Virus record (IMG/VR): IMGVR_UViG_3300017965_000011
Coordinates: 1 to 25,704 of that record
DNA length: 25,704 bases
Reading direction: 5' to 3' (one strand)
Source of the DNA: a virus
Taxonomy: Duplodnaviria > Caudoviricetes
Shown: in pieces, positions 15,406 to 25,703 of the stretch
Layout of the letters: the number at the start of each line of letters is the position of its first letter
How positions within the stretch are numbered: position 1 is the stretch's first letter
The notes under the pieces: model-generated
The model's input: only the letters and a program-made list of their open reading frames with translations
Database searches by the model: none
Told to the model about the DNA's origin: nothing
Position numbers and translations under genes: made by a program

Positions 15406-18400
15406 GTACGCTTGCGGTCTTTGATGTCATCATCCGCGGCGACACTTCGGGGCTGCGTAAATCCCTCAACGACGGTCAGGCGCAGGTACAGGGCTTCTTT
15501 GGCTCGGTCCGGCGCCTGACTGCTGCCTTCCTTGGGGCAAGGGCGATTGAAAGCGCCATCCAAGGCATTGCACGTACGGCGACCCAGGCCATCATGGGTA
15601 CCAACGAACAGCTCGAGTCCGCAACATACAGGTTCGCAACGCTGTTCGGGGACTTTGAGAAGGCCAAGGCCCTTGTCGGGGAACTGGCGCTCGTTGCTGC
15701 GGAAACCCCTCTGTCCTTCCTTGAGGTTGTGAAGGGTGCGCAGTATCTGCTCCAGTTCGGTGGGGCTGCCCTTAACACCAAGGCGAACCTGATCCTCCTC
15801 CAGGACACTGCAGTTGCAACAGGTGCGAACTTCGAACGGATCTCGTTCTGGGTCGCTCGTGCATATGCCGCACTGCAGGCTGGACAGCCGTTCGGCCGCG
15901 CTCGTCTCTCCCTGATGCAGCTGGGCGTTATTCTACCACAGACTGCGGCCAAGATCGAGCACCTGCAGAAGACCGGCGCGAACTGGCGCGAGCTGTGGGA
16001 CCTGATGGTCAAAGACATGCTCCGGTTCCAGGGAGCAGGCCTCCGTCAGATCAATACCTGGAAGGGTCTGTCGGTCGCCGTTGCTGACTTCTTCGACCTT
16101 GCCGTTGCCCAGGCCTTCGAACCGCTGTTCCAGGCAGCGAAGCGACTCTTCGGCACCATCCTTGGGATCTTGCGGTCGGGCGATACCCAGTCCGCCCTCG
16201 GACAGTTTGCAGACGGGCTCGGAAAGGTTCTCGCCGTTGCTGAGCTGGTCGCCGGCGGACTTGGAGAAGTATTCCGGGGCTTTATTGCAGGAGCCCAGAA
16301 CCTTGCCGGGATTATCGTCAATACCGTCGGTGGGGCATGGGACGGGTTGATGCAGTTTGGGGCCGACCTGTACTCAGGCGGTCTCGCCGCGATCCAGTCA
16401 TACGCACAGGGCATTCTGGACGGCGCGGTTATGTACGTTCAGGAAGCCATCAGCTACGTCATCTCGTTCATTGCCGGGTTCCTCATTGGACAGTCGCCTC
16501 CGCCTAAGGGCCCCCTGAGCCAGATCTACAAGGGCGGTCGGAATACAATCGAGGCCTGGGTCGAAGGAGCCCTGTCCGCTGATCTCACCCCCGTTGAACG
16601 CATTCCGAAGGTCATTGCCGGGACGGTAAAGCAACTCGAGGCGGCCCTCGCATACGCTGACCGCCGAATCCGGTCTCTTGACGACTCCATCTTCGCGCTC
16701 GACCTGACCATCGCGAAGTTCGAGAAGCGGATCGAGAGTGTCCGGGAAGAGTTTACGGACAAGATGAAGCCGGCGCAGGATCGGATCAAGGCAATTGACC
16801 GTGAGATCAACGTTCTGCGCCACTCGTCCGAACAGCTTGAACGTCAGGTACGGGACATCAACGAGGCCTTTGAGGCAGATGTCAAGCCGTTCCAGGATGC
16901 AATCGAAGGCATCAACGATCAGATCGAAGGACTAGACCGGGCCTCCCGAAGCATCGACAAGCAGATGCGGGCGATTGAGAAGTCGGCCTCTGCAGTCAAG
17001 AAGCAGTACGACGCCCAGCTCAACTCCATGGAGAAGCAACTCAAGGCCGTTCGTAACGTCCTGAGTACCCAGGACAAGCTTAAGACGAACAGCCTGCGAC
17101 TCCAGCGGAATGAGTTGGAGATTGCCTTTATCCGGGCCGAGGGAAACGAGGCTCTTCAGGAACAACTTCAGGCGCAGATGGACTCGTTGGACAACGTGAT
17201 CCGGCTGAACGACCTGGAGAACGAGAACAAGGAACTCCGGGCCGAGATGGTCGCCATCCCCCTCGAGGAACAGCTCGAGGCAATGCAGGATGCGGCCGAA
17301 GGGATCATGGAGCCGTTCGATGCAGCCCTTGATGTCCTCAAGGGACAGCAGGACGCGATCGCCGAGAACCGTGAGGGACTCGAAGACCAGATCGGGGCTT
17401 ACGAGGACCTGATCGCCAAGGCTGAAGAGGCCCGCGATAAGTTGCTAGCCCCCCTTGAGGCCCAGATCGACACGATCGCCCGGCAGATTGAAGTTCTCGA
17501 GGACGAGCGGTACGCGCAGGAGCAGATCGTCCAGACCCTTCAGGACGAGATGGATGCCCTCATTACGCCCCTTGAGGACCAGCTCAAGATCTACCAGGAT
17601 CAGCGGGCTGAACTTGAGGAGCAGCGAAAGATCTGGACTGAGATTCGTTCCAGGATCCAGGATGCTTACTCCGTCGCTAAGGAGGCCGAGGAAAAGGCTA
17701 AGGCGGGGAAGAAGGGTGCAGGGGCGCCGGACTTTGGCCCCGACCCGTTCCGGCCCGACCCGGCCATCACCAAGGCTACCGTTGATGCAGCAGAGAAGGC
17801 GGCTAAGGCCGCGCATGAGGCAGCGCTTGCGGCAGCCAAGGACTTCGTCGATAGCTTCACGGGGTTCCTCCGAGATAACCTGCCTACCGTTGTAGGGGCG
17901 GTGTTCGGCTTCCTCACCGGAGGGTTTGCCGGGGCAGGGCTCGGTGCGGTAATCGGGGCAGCACTTCAGAATACCATCTTCGGCAGTATCGAGTTCGACA
18001 TGGAGGCAGTGTCCGGTCAGCTCGGTAGCGCTATCGGGGCGGTGCTCGGGTTCTTTGTGGCCGGCCCTCTGGGGGCGATTGTCGGGGCTACCTTTGGTAA
18101 TCTGGGGGGCCAGCTCCTCGAGCAGATCTTTGGTACACTGACCGCACCCGGGGCAGCAGAGTCGCTCGGCGGTCAGGCGAGTGGGATTGTCGACGGAATC
18201 GTCGTCATGCTCCAAGGGGCGATCGACGGTGCGATCCTCTGGCTCCAGAATGAAGGCCTTCCGATGCTGGGCAATCTCGTTACTGCCCTCATCACAGGCA
18301 TCCAGCAGTTCTTCCAGTCGATTGACTACCAGGGACTGCTCCTCGGGTTCTTGGATCTTCTGTCCCGCCTCCTGATTGCCGCTGGTAACTGGACCCTTAA

Positions 18401-19589
18401 CGAGGGGATTCCGCTTCTCGCGACCATCGTCACTAACCTTGTAGGTGGAATCGCACTCCTAATCTCCAGTATCGACTGGGCCGAAGTCGTCAACCTGTTC
18501 GGGGCATTCCTCGACAGGATGATTACATGGATCACCGACGTTGCGATTCCGAAGCTTGGTGAGTACGCACAGGAGCTTGGCAACGCACTCGGAAAGATCG
18601 ACTGGGAAGCGGTACTTACTCAGTTCGGTCAGTTCCTTGTAAGCGTTGGAATGTGGGTTGTAAACGACGTCATTCCGGAGTTTATCAGGGTCGGCCAGGA
18701 TGTAGGTGGCAAGCTCCTCACAGGTATGGGCGATCTGATCCTGGGCAGTGATGGCCTGATTGCAAAGTTCCTTGGGTGGATCGCATCAGTCGACTGGGGC
18801 AAGGTCTTCACGACGATCGTGGAGAAGGGCGGCGAGGTCGCGGAAAACCTCCTTACAGGCCTCGTTGACTTCTTCATCGCGGAAGACACGGGTATCATTC
18901 CGCAACTGGTCAATGCCATTACCAGCATCGAGTGGGGCGACGTCTACGACTCCATCCTGAAGATCGGCAACGAAGTTGCACTGAGCCTGATTGGGGGCTT
19001 CGGTGACTTCCTCTTCGGGAAGAACGGTTCGAAGGGGCTGTTTGCAACACTCTTCGGGGTCATCTTCGATCCGGGCGGACTGCAGGACCAGATCTTTGGG
19101 ATCCTGGGTAAGATCGGCCAGATCGGCATCGATATGGCAACCTCACTCGGGAAGGGGTTCGCAAACACCCTGGTGGAGATTATCGAAGGTGCCGTCAACG
19201 CAATGATCGACGGCATCAACGGCCTTCAGATCCACTTCAACGGGCTCGAGACTCCGTTCGGGAAGCTCGCAGAGTTTCACTGGAACGGTCTGGGAATCGG
19301 ACGGATCAAGCTTCCGCGGTTCCACGAGGGCGGATACGTTCCAGGCATGCGGAACGCAGAAGTCCCGATCCTCGCTAGGGCCGGTGAATTGGTTCTGACC
19401 GAGGCGCAGCAGAAGGGTCTTGGCGGGGCACTGATCGAGAACTTCCACTACCATGCAGGTCCAGGAGAAAGTAAGCTCGACCGGATGCGTAACGCTCGCG
19501 AGCTTACCGAGGCGATTGAGGAGCACCTGTACAACCGCGGCTACCCATTGAAGCCGCATCGACCAGGAACAGTGGCAGGAACAGGATAG
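15402..19589 (+). CDS. Tape measure protein
   Basis: 1395 aa after the chaperones. N-terminal tape-measure motif (AAETPLSF.EV), central coiled coil, Gly-rich hydrophobic segments, ID(W/Y) repeats, C-terminal FHEGGYVPG...EVPILARAGELVLT. Confidence 0.93.
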   Translation: MSTLAVFDVIIRGDTSGLRKSLNDGQAQVQGFFGSVRRLTAAFLGARAIESAIQGIARTATQAIMGTNEQLESATYRFATLFGDFEKAKALVGELALVAAETPLSFLEVVKGAQYLLQFGGAALNTKANLILLQDTAVATGANFERISFWVARAYAALQAGQPFGRARLSLMQLGVILPQTAAKIEHLQKTGANWRELWDLMVKDMLRFQGAGLRQINTWKGLSVAVADFFDLAVAQAFEPLFQAAKRLFGTILGILRSGDTQSALGQFADGLGKVLAVAELVAGGLGEVFRGFIAGAQNLAGIIVNTVGGAWDGLMQFGADLYSGGLAAIQSYAQGILDGAVMYVQEAISYVISFIAGFLIGQSPPPKGPLSQIYKGGRNTIEAWVEGALSADLTPVERIPKVIAGTVKQLEAALAYADRRIRSLDDSIFALDLTIAKFEKRIESVREEFTDKMKPAQDRIKAIDREINVLRHSSEQLERQVRDINEAFEADVKPFQDAIEGINDQIEGLDRASRSIDKQMRAIEKSASAVKKQYDAQLNSMEKQLKAVRNVLSTQDKLKTNSLRLQRNELEIAFIRAEGNEALQEQLQAQMDSLDNVIRLNDLENENKELRAEMVAIPLEEQLEAMQDAAEGIMEPFDAALDVLKGQQDAIAENREGLEDQIGAYEDLIAKAEEARDKLLAPLEAQIDTIARQIEVLEDERYAQEQIVQTLQDEMDALITPLEDQLKIYQDQRAELEEQRKIWTEIRSRIQDAYSVAKEAEEKAKAGKKGAGAPDFGPDPFRPDPAITKATVDAAEKAAKAAHEAALAAAKDFVDSFTGFLRDNLPTVVGAVFGFLTGGFAGAGLGAVIGAALQNTIFGSIEFDMEAVSGQLGSAIGAVLGFFVAGPLGAIVGATFGNLGGQLLEQIFGTLTAPGAAESLGGQASGIVDGIVVMLQGAIDGAILWLQNEGLPMLGNLVTALITGIQQFFQSIDYQGLLLGFLDLLSRLLIAAGNWTLNEGIPLLATIVTNLVGGIALLISSIDWAEVVNLFGAFLDRMITWITDVAIPKLGEYAQELGNALGKIDWEAVLTQFGQFLVSVGMWVVNDVIPEFIRVGQDVGGKLLTGMGDLILGSDGLIAKFLGWIASVDWGKVFTTIVEKGGEVAENLLTGLVDFFIAEDTGIIPQLVNAITSIEWGDVYDSILKIGNEVALSLIGGFGDFLFGKNGSKGLFATLFGVIFDPGGLQDQIFGILGKIGQIGIDMATSLGKGFANTLVEIIEGAVNAMIDGINGLQIHFNGLETPFGKLAEFHWNGLGIGRIKLPRFHEGGYVPGMRNAEVPILARAGELVLTEAQQKGLGGALIENFHYHAGPGESKLDRMRNARELTEAIEEHLYNRGYPLKPHRPGTVAGTG

Positions 19590-19590
19590 C

Positions 19591-19974
19591 ATGAGTGTAG
19601 TCCTTACCTTCCCCGATCTAACGGTGGTCACACTGCCTGCCCCTGCAGTGGCCTCTAACCCTTCCCGCGGCCCCGAAACACTTGAGGCACGCGAACGAAC
19701 GGTTGAAGGGGTGCTGCGCGTTAGGCGGACATCGTTTAACTGGATCTACCGGATGGGCTTCCGCGGAGCGGAGCGTAGCGTGTACGACGCCCTTGTGAAT
19801 GCATGGGCGGATGCAGCCTTGAGCGGGACGTTCCCAACGATGCTGGCTACCGACCATTTCCAGACCGCTGACAACGTTCAGGTGGCACTAGAGATCGGGG
19901 ATGACACCCTTATCCCCTTCAACCCAACTCTGTGCCACTTCAATATTACCGTGACGGAAGTATACCCGCGGTGA
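19591..19974 (+). CDS. Putative distal tail (Dit-like) protein
   Basis: Immediately after the TMP, 127 aa, beta-rich, ends FNITVTEV. Assignment mostly by synteny. Confidence 0.6.
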   Translation: MSVVLTFPDLTVVTLPAPAVASNPSRGPETLEARERTVEGVLRVRRTSFNWIYRMGFRGAERSVYDALVNAWADAALSGTFPTMLATDHFQTADNVQVALEIGDDTLIPFNPTLCHFNITVTEVYPR

Positions 19975-19981
19975 GGGCGTC

Positions 19982-20500
19982 ATGGTCCTAGCTCAGGCCG
20001 ACTTCGAACTTTACCTTACGGTCCGTGAGGGAGTGCAGGGCTTTTCTGTGCCGCAACCAGACCCCAGTCAGTCGCGCGGGCAGTATGTTTCGACTACTCC
20101 CCTTCAGTCCGGGAAGTTGCACGGGCTGTTCTCACGAATCAAGCCTCCGATGTCTGCCTCTGGACTTGTCGACTACAGGGCGATTGCTCTCCGGAACAAG
20201 TCGGTAACAGACCCAGCAAACGTTAGGGTCACCCTTATCGACGCGATGGCTGGTGCGCGGTACGCTTTCGGGTTTGACCCAGTTGGGCAGCGTCCTTACA
20301 ACTCTCCTATTTTCCAGGCCCAGTGGATTGCATCCCCTACACACAAGCCGACCAATGTAACGTTCACGAGTGGAACGGGGGCGCCACAGTTGGTGACGCT
20401 GCCTCCGAATACCGTGATCGTGATCTGGATTCAGCGAACAGTACTTCCTAAGACACCCGCCGTGGCAACCGATACAGCCCAGATCGTCGTGGACGCATAG
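19982..20500 (+). CDS. Hypothetical tail/baseplate protein
   Basis: RBS GAGG. G.VDYRAIALRN and IWIQRTV motifs; position in the tail module. Confidence 0.65.
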   Translation: MVLAQADFELYLTVREGVQGFSVPQPDPSQSRGQYVSTTPLQSGKLHGLFSRIKPPMSASGLVDYRAIALRNKSVTDPANVRVTLIDAMAGARYAFGFDPVGQRPYNSPIFQAQWIASPTHKPTNVTFTSGTGAPQLVTLPPNTVIVIWIQRTVLPKTPAVATDTAQIVVDA

Positions 20501-20501
20501 C

Positions 20502-21989
20502 ATGGCGATCCGTACAGTACCGGCACAGCACGCTACCATTGGTGCTGCTGTTACAGCTTCGACAACCGGCGACATCATCAACGTCTCAGCCGGTACGTAC
20601 CGCGAGCACGTCATCATCCCCTTGGCCAAGACCCTGGAACTTAACTTTGCCATCGGAGCGGTCATTGATGGTCGTGACGTAGGCGGAACTATGGTCCGGA
20701 GTCGCTGGATCGAAATCTTCTCCCCGAATACCATTGTCCGTAACGCAACGTGTATCTACGCGAACAACAACGTAGGGGGCGATGATCGAGGGGCGCTGTA
20801 CATCGACCCTTCAGCGGCCGGAACCCAGATTCTCGGTGGCGAGTACGCCTACGCACTCGGTCGTAATATGATGACCGGACGGGCAAGCAACACCCTCGTA
20901 GATGGCGTAAATACCCACCACGGCGGTTCGCTAAATATCCACTTCGGCGGAATTGGGACAGGGTGCGTTGTACGTAACTCGCTAATCCACCACGCGAATG
21001 AACCGCGTCCGTGGCAGCCCTTTATGGGGGGTACTGCCACTTCGCCGGCTGCCCCATACGTTCTGTATGCCGGTGGACCGCTTGTCATTGTGAGTACAGG
21101 CTGGGAGTCCGGGGGCACTAAGGGGATCAGCCACAGCGGTATGATCTTCGAGAACAACGAGGTATATAACAACATCGGTCCGGGGCTGTGGTCCGATAGC
21201 GTCCCGCCGAACCCCCAGACCGCGAATTGGATCGTCCGGCGCAACGACGTTCACGACAATGCGGGGAGCGGAATCTTCTGCGAGGTAACCGCAGGCGGAC
21301 AGATCTACGAGAACTACGCCCACCATAACGGCGGCTCCGCATCCCAGGCCGGCTCCGCATACTACGGTAATGGAAACATTACGGTGTCGTCGTCGAAGGA
21401 TGTTTCCGTTCATCACAACGTAGTCCAGGGTGGGTTGATCGGGGTCAACTTCTTCGCACAGAACCGCCCTGATCGTCCCGGAATCTCAGATGGGACAGCT
21501 GGACAGAACCTGTGGGCCTACGAGAACTGGTTCATCTCGGACGTGAACAACTGGATCGCACTGGGGTGGGCGAACGAGAGTGACCCCATCTTCACTACGG
21601 GTGGAGGGTGGCTGAACCAGTTCTGGTGGCCGACTGCTGACGGGACCTCCGGTTCGCGGTTTGCGTTCCTGGGTGAGAAGAGTACTATGGCTGCCCTCAA
21701 CTCCACTAATGGCGGTAACAGGAACGGGGCCGGAGCCAGCTTCTACATGACCACTGCTGTCAAGGATGGCATCCTGGCGGGAACGGGGCCTGGCGGGGCG
21801 GTGTTCGCGGCTGCAGGTCCCATCTCTGGCACGACACCGCGGACGCTTATTCCTACCGGAATTACAAGTGCCCAGACGTTCGGGACAGCCACCATCTACA
21901 TCTCCCGGCAGACCGTCTCTCCGGCTGGTATCGCCCCACCGGGCGGAACCACGGTTACCATCATCGCGTCAGACTCGTACTCTAGGTAG
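20502..21989 (+). CDS. Right-handed parallel beta-helix (pectin lyase-like) tailspike/receptor-binding protein
   Basis: N-terminal VP..HATI.AAV.A...GD.I.V.AGTYRE cap and repeated rungs (FENNEVYNN.GPGLW, VRRNDVHDN.GSGI, YENYAHHNG). The C-terminus carries fibre-type linker repeats. Confidence 0.82.
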   Translation: MAIRTVPAQHATIGAAVTASTTGDIINVSAGTYREHVIIPLAKTLELNFAIGAVIDGRDVGGTMVRSRWIEIFSPNTIVRNATCIYANNNVGGDDRGALYIDPSAAGTQILGGEYAYALGRNMMTGRASNTLVDGVNTHHGGSLNIHFGGIGTGCVVRNSLIHHANEPRPWQPFMGGTATSPAAPYVLYAGGPLVIVSTGWESGGTKGISHSGMIFENNEVYNNIGPGLWSDSVPPNPQTANWIVRRNDVHDNAGSGIFCEVTAGGQIYENYAHHNGGSASQAGSAYYGNGNITVSSSKDVSVHHNVVQGGLIGVNFFAQNRPDRPGISDGTAGQNLWAYENWFISDVNNWIALGWANESDPIFTTGGGWLNQFWWPTADGTSGSRFAFLGEKSTMAALNSTNGGNRNGAGASFYMTTAVKDGILAGTGPGGAVFAAAGPISGTTPRTLIPTGITSAQTFGTATIYISRQTVSPAGIAPPGGTTVTIIASDSYSR

Positions 21990-24900
21990 TAGTACATGCC
22001 GCTGACTCGCGTCCAGTTCGTCACGCACGAGGAGGCGGTCTCTCTCGTCGCCAACACGACTACGATCTCGGCGCCGGCCGTCGGGTCGTTGATCGTAGCC
22101 GCGATCGGCGGAGATAAGAACCTGGGCGCGGATCTGGCCGTACCGTCAGGTTTCACCCGGGTCGGCAGTCCGTACATCGGTGCGAGCACAACGCGCGACC
22201 TCGCGTGGAAGATCAGCGACGGCACCGAGACGAACATCGTCTGGGCGTACGGCGGGGCTGGCCAGACCGGCAACAACTCGCTCATGGCCGTTGCCGTCTA
22301 CACCGGCAATGCCGCATCACCGTTCGACGTAGCGGCCGCCAACGACAGCGCCAACGCCAACGTGTCCTCGCTCGCGACAGGCACGACCGGGGCCACGGCA
22401 CAGGCCGACGAGCTTGCTTTCGCCATCGCTACGATCGACTCTACGGGCGGCGGCAAGACGCCATCGTGGGATAGTGGTTTCACCCGGATCGGTACCGACT
22501 TCTACGGCAGCAACGCGGGACTGACGATCGCCGAGAAGGACCTGTCCTCGACGGGGGCAGTATCGGCAACAGTCACCTTGGCCGCAGGTAGCGACCAGAT
22601 GGCGGCAGCTGTTGTCACCTTTAAGGCGTCACTAACACAGACCATTTCCGGCGCAGGGGGCATTGCCAGCGCTGAGGCCCTCGGTACAACTGCCGTCGCT
22701 AACGTTCTAAGCATCCTGAACCCAAGCGCGATCGCCTCGGCAGAGGCCTTCGGCACTGCGGTATTCTCTACTGCCATTACACTCCTCCAGGATGGGTTCG
22801 ATCGGACTACAACGTCTCCTGTCGTTGGTACTCCTGATGTCGGACCGGCGTGGGTCGATGCCATCCTGGACACGGGAGACACAGGGGCGTGTAATGGGTC
22901 CGTCTTTGTACATACGGCCTCATCGAACGACTCCTACTGCTATGCCGACAACCCTGTGGACGGGGTTGAGGACCTCCTATTCGCCGTATCCTCGGACAAG
23001 CTGGCGAGCGGTGGTAACCCCCACATCGAGATGGTCGTGCATGCAGTCGGGGCGCAGAGCTTGCGTGCCGACTTCCGTATCCGTAACACCGACCAGCTAA
23101 TCTCGGCCCAAGCGCTTCACTGGAACGGCAGCTCCGACATCTCCGTTACCTCGATTACGGTCAGTAGTGTTACCCATACAATAGGGGTTAAGCACTGGTT
23201 CCGTGTCCAGGCGGTGCGTGAGTATTCGGGCGGTGTTGCTACAGGGGTACGGATTCGCGCTCGGGTTTGGAATGATGGAGACACTGAACCCGGAACCTGG
23301 CTAATTGACGCAGTCGATACAACACCCGCACTACTGTTCCCCAGCGAGATGATCGACGTCTCGACACGGCTGGGCAGCGGAACCAACAACGCTCCTGTCG
23401 TCTTTACCTGGCACTCCGTAGCTGCAACCAAGACGACACAAGTCATCAGTGCTTCGGGTATTGCCAGTACCGAAGCCTTCGGTACCGCGAAGCTAAACCA
23501 GATCATCGCACCCCCCTCCATTGACAGCGGCGAGGGGTTCGGTACCCCTACGTTCGCCGCTACGACGATTGCGCGTGACGCCTTTAATCGGGTCGAGGCG
23601 GCCGGCAGTATAGGTAATGCCGATGTAGGCGGGGCATGGACGCCCTACACATACGTTGAGCCAAGTACGGCGCTCCGGGTTAACGGCACTGCGTTCGAAT
23701 TCACCCATATGGTTGTCAATGACGGCGGAGGTGGAGCGACACTGCCGATCGCTACGCGGGACATGGAGATCAATCTCCGGTTCCGCCGCGACAAGATTGC
23801 CAGCTCAACTACCCAATACTTCTACCTTCTGTTGCGGGACGATGGGGCTGGGCATCGCTACCTTGTTACCATCCGTTACCGCAATAATGGGACCTTGACC
23901 CTTGAGGTTGGCGGGACGAGCAGCGTTGCAACTGCGGACATTACTGCACGTGAGGGGGCGCCGGAGCCAAACGTCTGGGTGTTGGTACGTGCCCGAATTT
24001 CGGGGGCAAACAATACCGTTCTACGGGTAAAGGCTTGGAAGGAAACGCACTCCGAGCCTGCTGGTTGGGACATCGATGTTACTGATACGGGCGACGTCGG
24101 GCCACAGGTCGCCGGCTCGTTCGCGTTCGAGTTCTACAAGGGGGCGAATACCGTCCCCGTCATCTCTGAACTCGACGACCTTGTTATTTCCTCCATCCCT
24201 GACCGGTTCATTACCAGTGTCGGGGCGATCACCTCACAGGAAGCATTCGGAACTCCGGCGACCTCGGGCACAGGGACCGTCGTTATTGATGCCGACACGG
24301 TCGGCATCGAGTCGGCAGAAGCATTCGGCACGCCATCGCTTGCCGGCTCCGGCCTGGGCACTTCAGATCTGGGTGGGGCGTACTCGGTATACACGGCCAC
24401 TGGATCACTACCCCCGGATGTAGTTCCACCTGACTTCGGCGGCGTAAGTGCCAAGAGCGAATCCAACAACGCGAACCTTACTGTTACGCTCCCCGCGGGA
24501 CTAGTCGCCGGCGACCTAATGGTTGCATGCGTGTACTTCCGTAACCGTACAGGTTCGATCTCCACTCCCGCCGGGTGGACGCTCCTCACTCCGCCGGGAG
24601 CCGGAATTCACGCTACCGGACCTCTGCAGGCTGGCGTTTACACCCGCTTCTGGCAGTCAGGCGATGCGGCACCAGTGTTCGTCCCCAGCGGGGGATCGGC
24701 AGGCGATACTCTCCTGGGACAGATCTTTATCGCCCGAGGTGCCAACGCTACTCCGATTACGGTCGCAACTGCGTGGTTCCAGGGAACGACGGCAACCAAC
24801 TCTGATCTCCCAGTTCCGGTCGGAGGCTCGCTTACGGCAGAAGCCGGAAGCATGGTTGTCCTCCTCGGTATCGTCCCAGATGACTATACGGCTCCGGACT

Positions 24901-25703
24901 CCGTCGACACGCTGACCGGTAACGGATTGACGTGGAATGAGATCAGTGAGGTAAACACTACACTCGGCCTGGACGGGTCGTTTGTTTGGGATTACGCCCA
25001 GATCGGCGGAGCCGCTGTCCCGATCTCCGACAAGACGTTCGCATCAACCGCACGTGCATCAGGAGGGTCTAACTCACCATACCTGAGCATCGGGTTCGTA
25101 ATTCGACCGGCGATTACACTGGCTCCGAGCATCGGAGCGGACTACTCGACCGATGGCTCTGTTGCTCGTGTTCGGCACAGTCTGCCTGATCAGTCCCATT
25201 TCGCCGCACTCATGTCTGCAACGGGGCAGGACGTACACGTTCAGGTATGGCAGCGCTTCCCCGGGGCTCCGAGCAGCGGGTTCTCCCATGCCGGAGTACT
25301 TGCCCGAGTCGTAGACATTGCGGGGACGTACTACGTCGGGCAGTTCTCCATCGACAGCTCGGGGAACTGCTTCCTCATCGTCGGGTACCATTCCGGAGGT
25401 GTCGCAACAACACTGTCGGCCATAGTCATTCCGGATCTCGAGTTCAATCCTGCGTCCCGGTACCTTATCGAACTTGAGACCGTAGGGACGAATCCGACGT
25501 CCATTCGTGCCCGAGCTACTGAGGAAGGGGCTGTTGCCGGTTCTTGGCTCATTCAGCTAGTAGACTCCGCCGCAGCACTGCAGGTTTCAGGAGGTGCGGT
25601 TGGATGGGCGAACTCGGCCGGTAACTACCCCTCATACCCCGTCTACTTTGAGGTAGACGACTTCTTCGCTACGGCTGCGACAGCTACGGCTGAGGCATTC
25701 GGA
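21858..25703 (+). repeat. Dispersed GIASAEAFG-type linker repeats, mostly in pairs
   Basis: Copies at about 21858 (GITSAQTFG), 21927 (GIA, interrupted), 22659, 22728, 23457, 23517, 24225, 24303 and 25686 (TAEAFG). Confidence 0.85.

Noticed and set aside
21987-21992. Genome-wide amber (TAG) recoding
   Set aside because: Many clear genes (terL, portal, TMP, holin) end at TAG followed by intergenic signals or a new start, so TAG is a normal stop.
21984-24336. Self-splicing intron, intein or T4 gene 60-type ribosomal hop explaining the split domain
   Set aside because: The intervening DNA is a fully open structural-protein ORF with no intron or intein hallmarks, there is no matching AGG landing codon at the right junction, and the distance is far beyond known hops.
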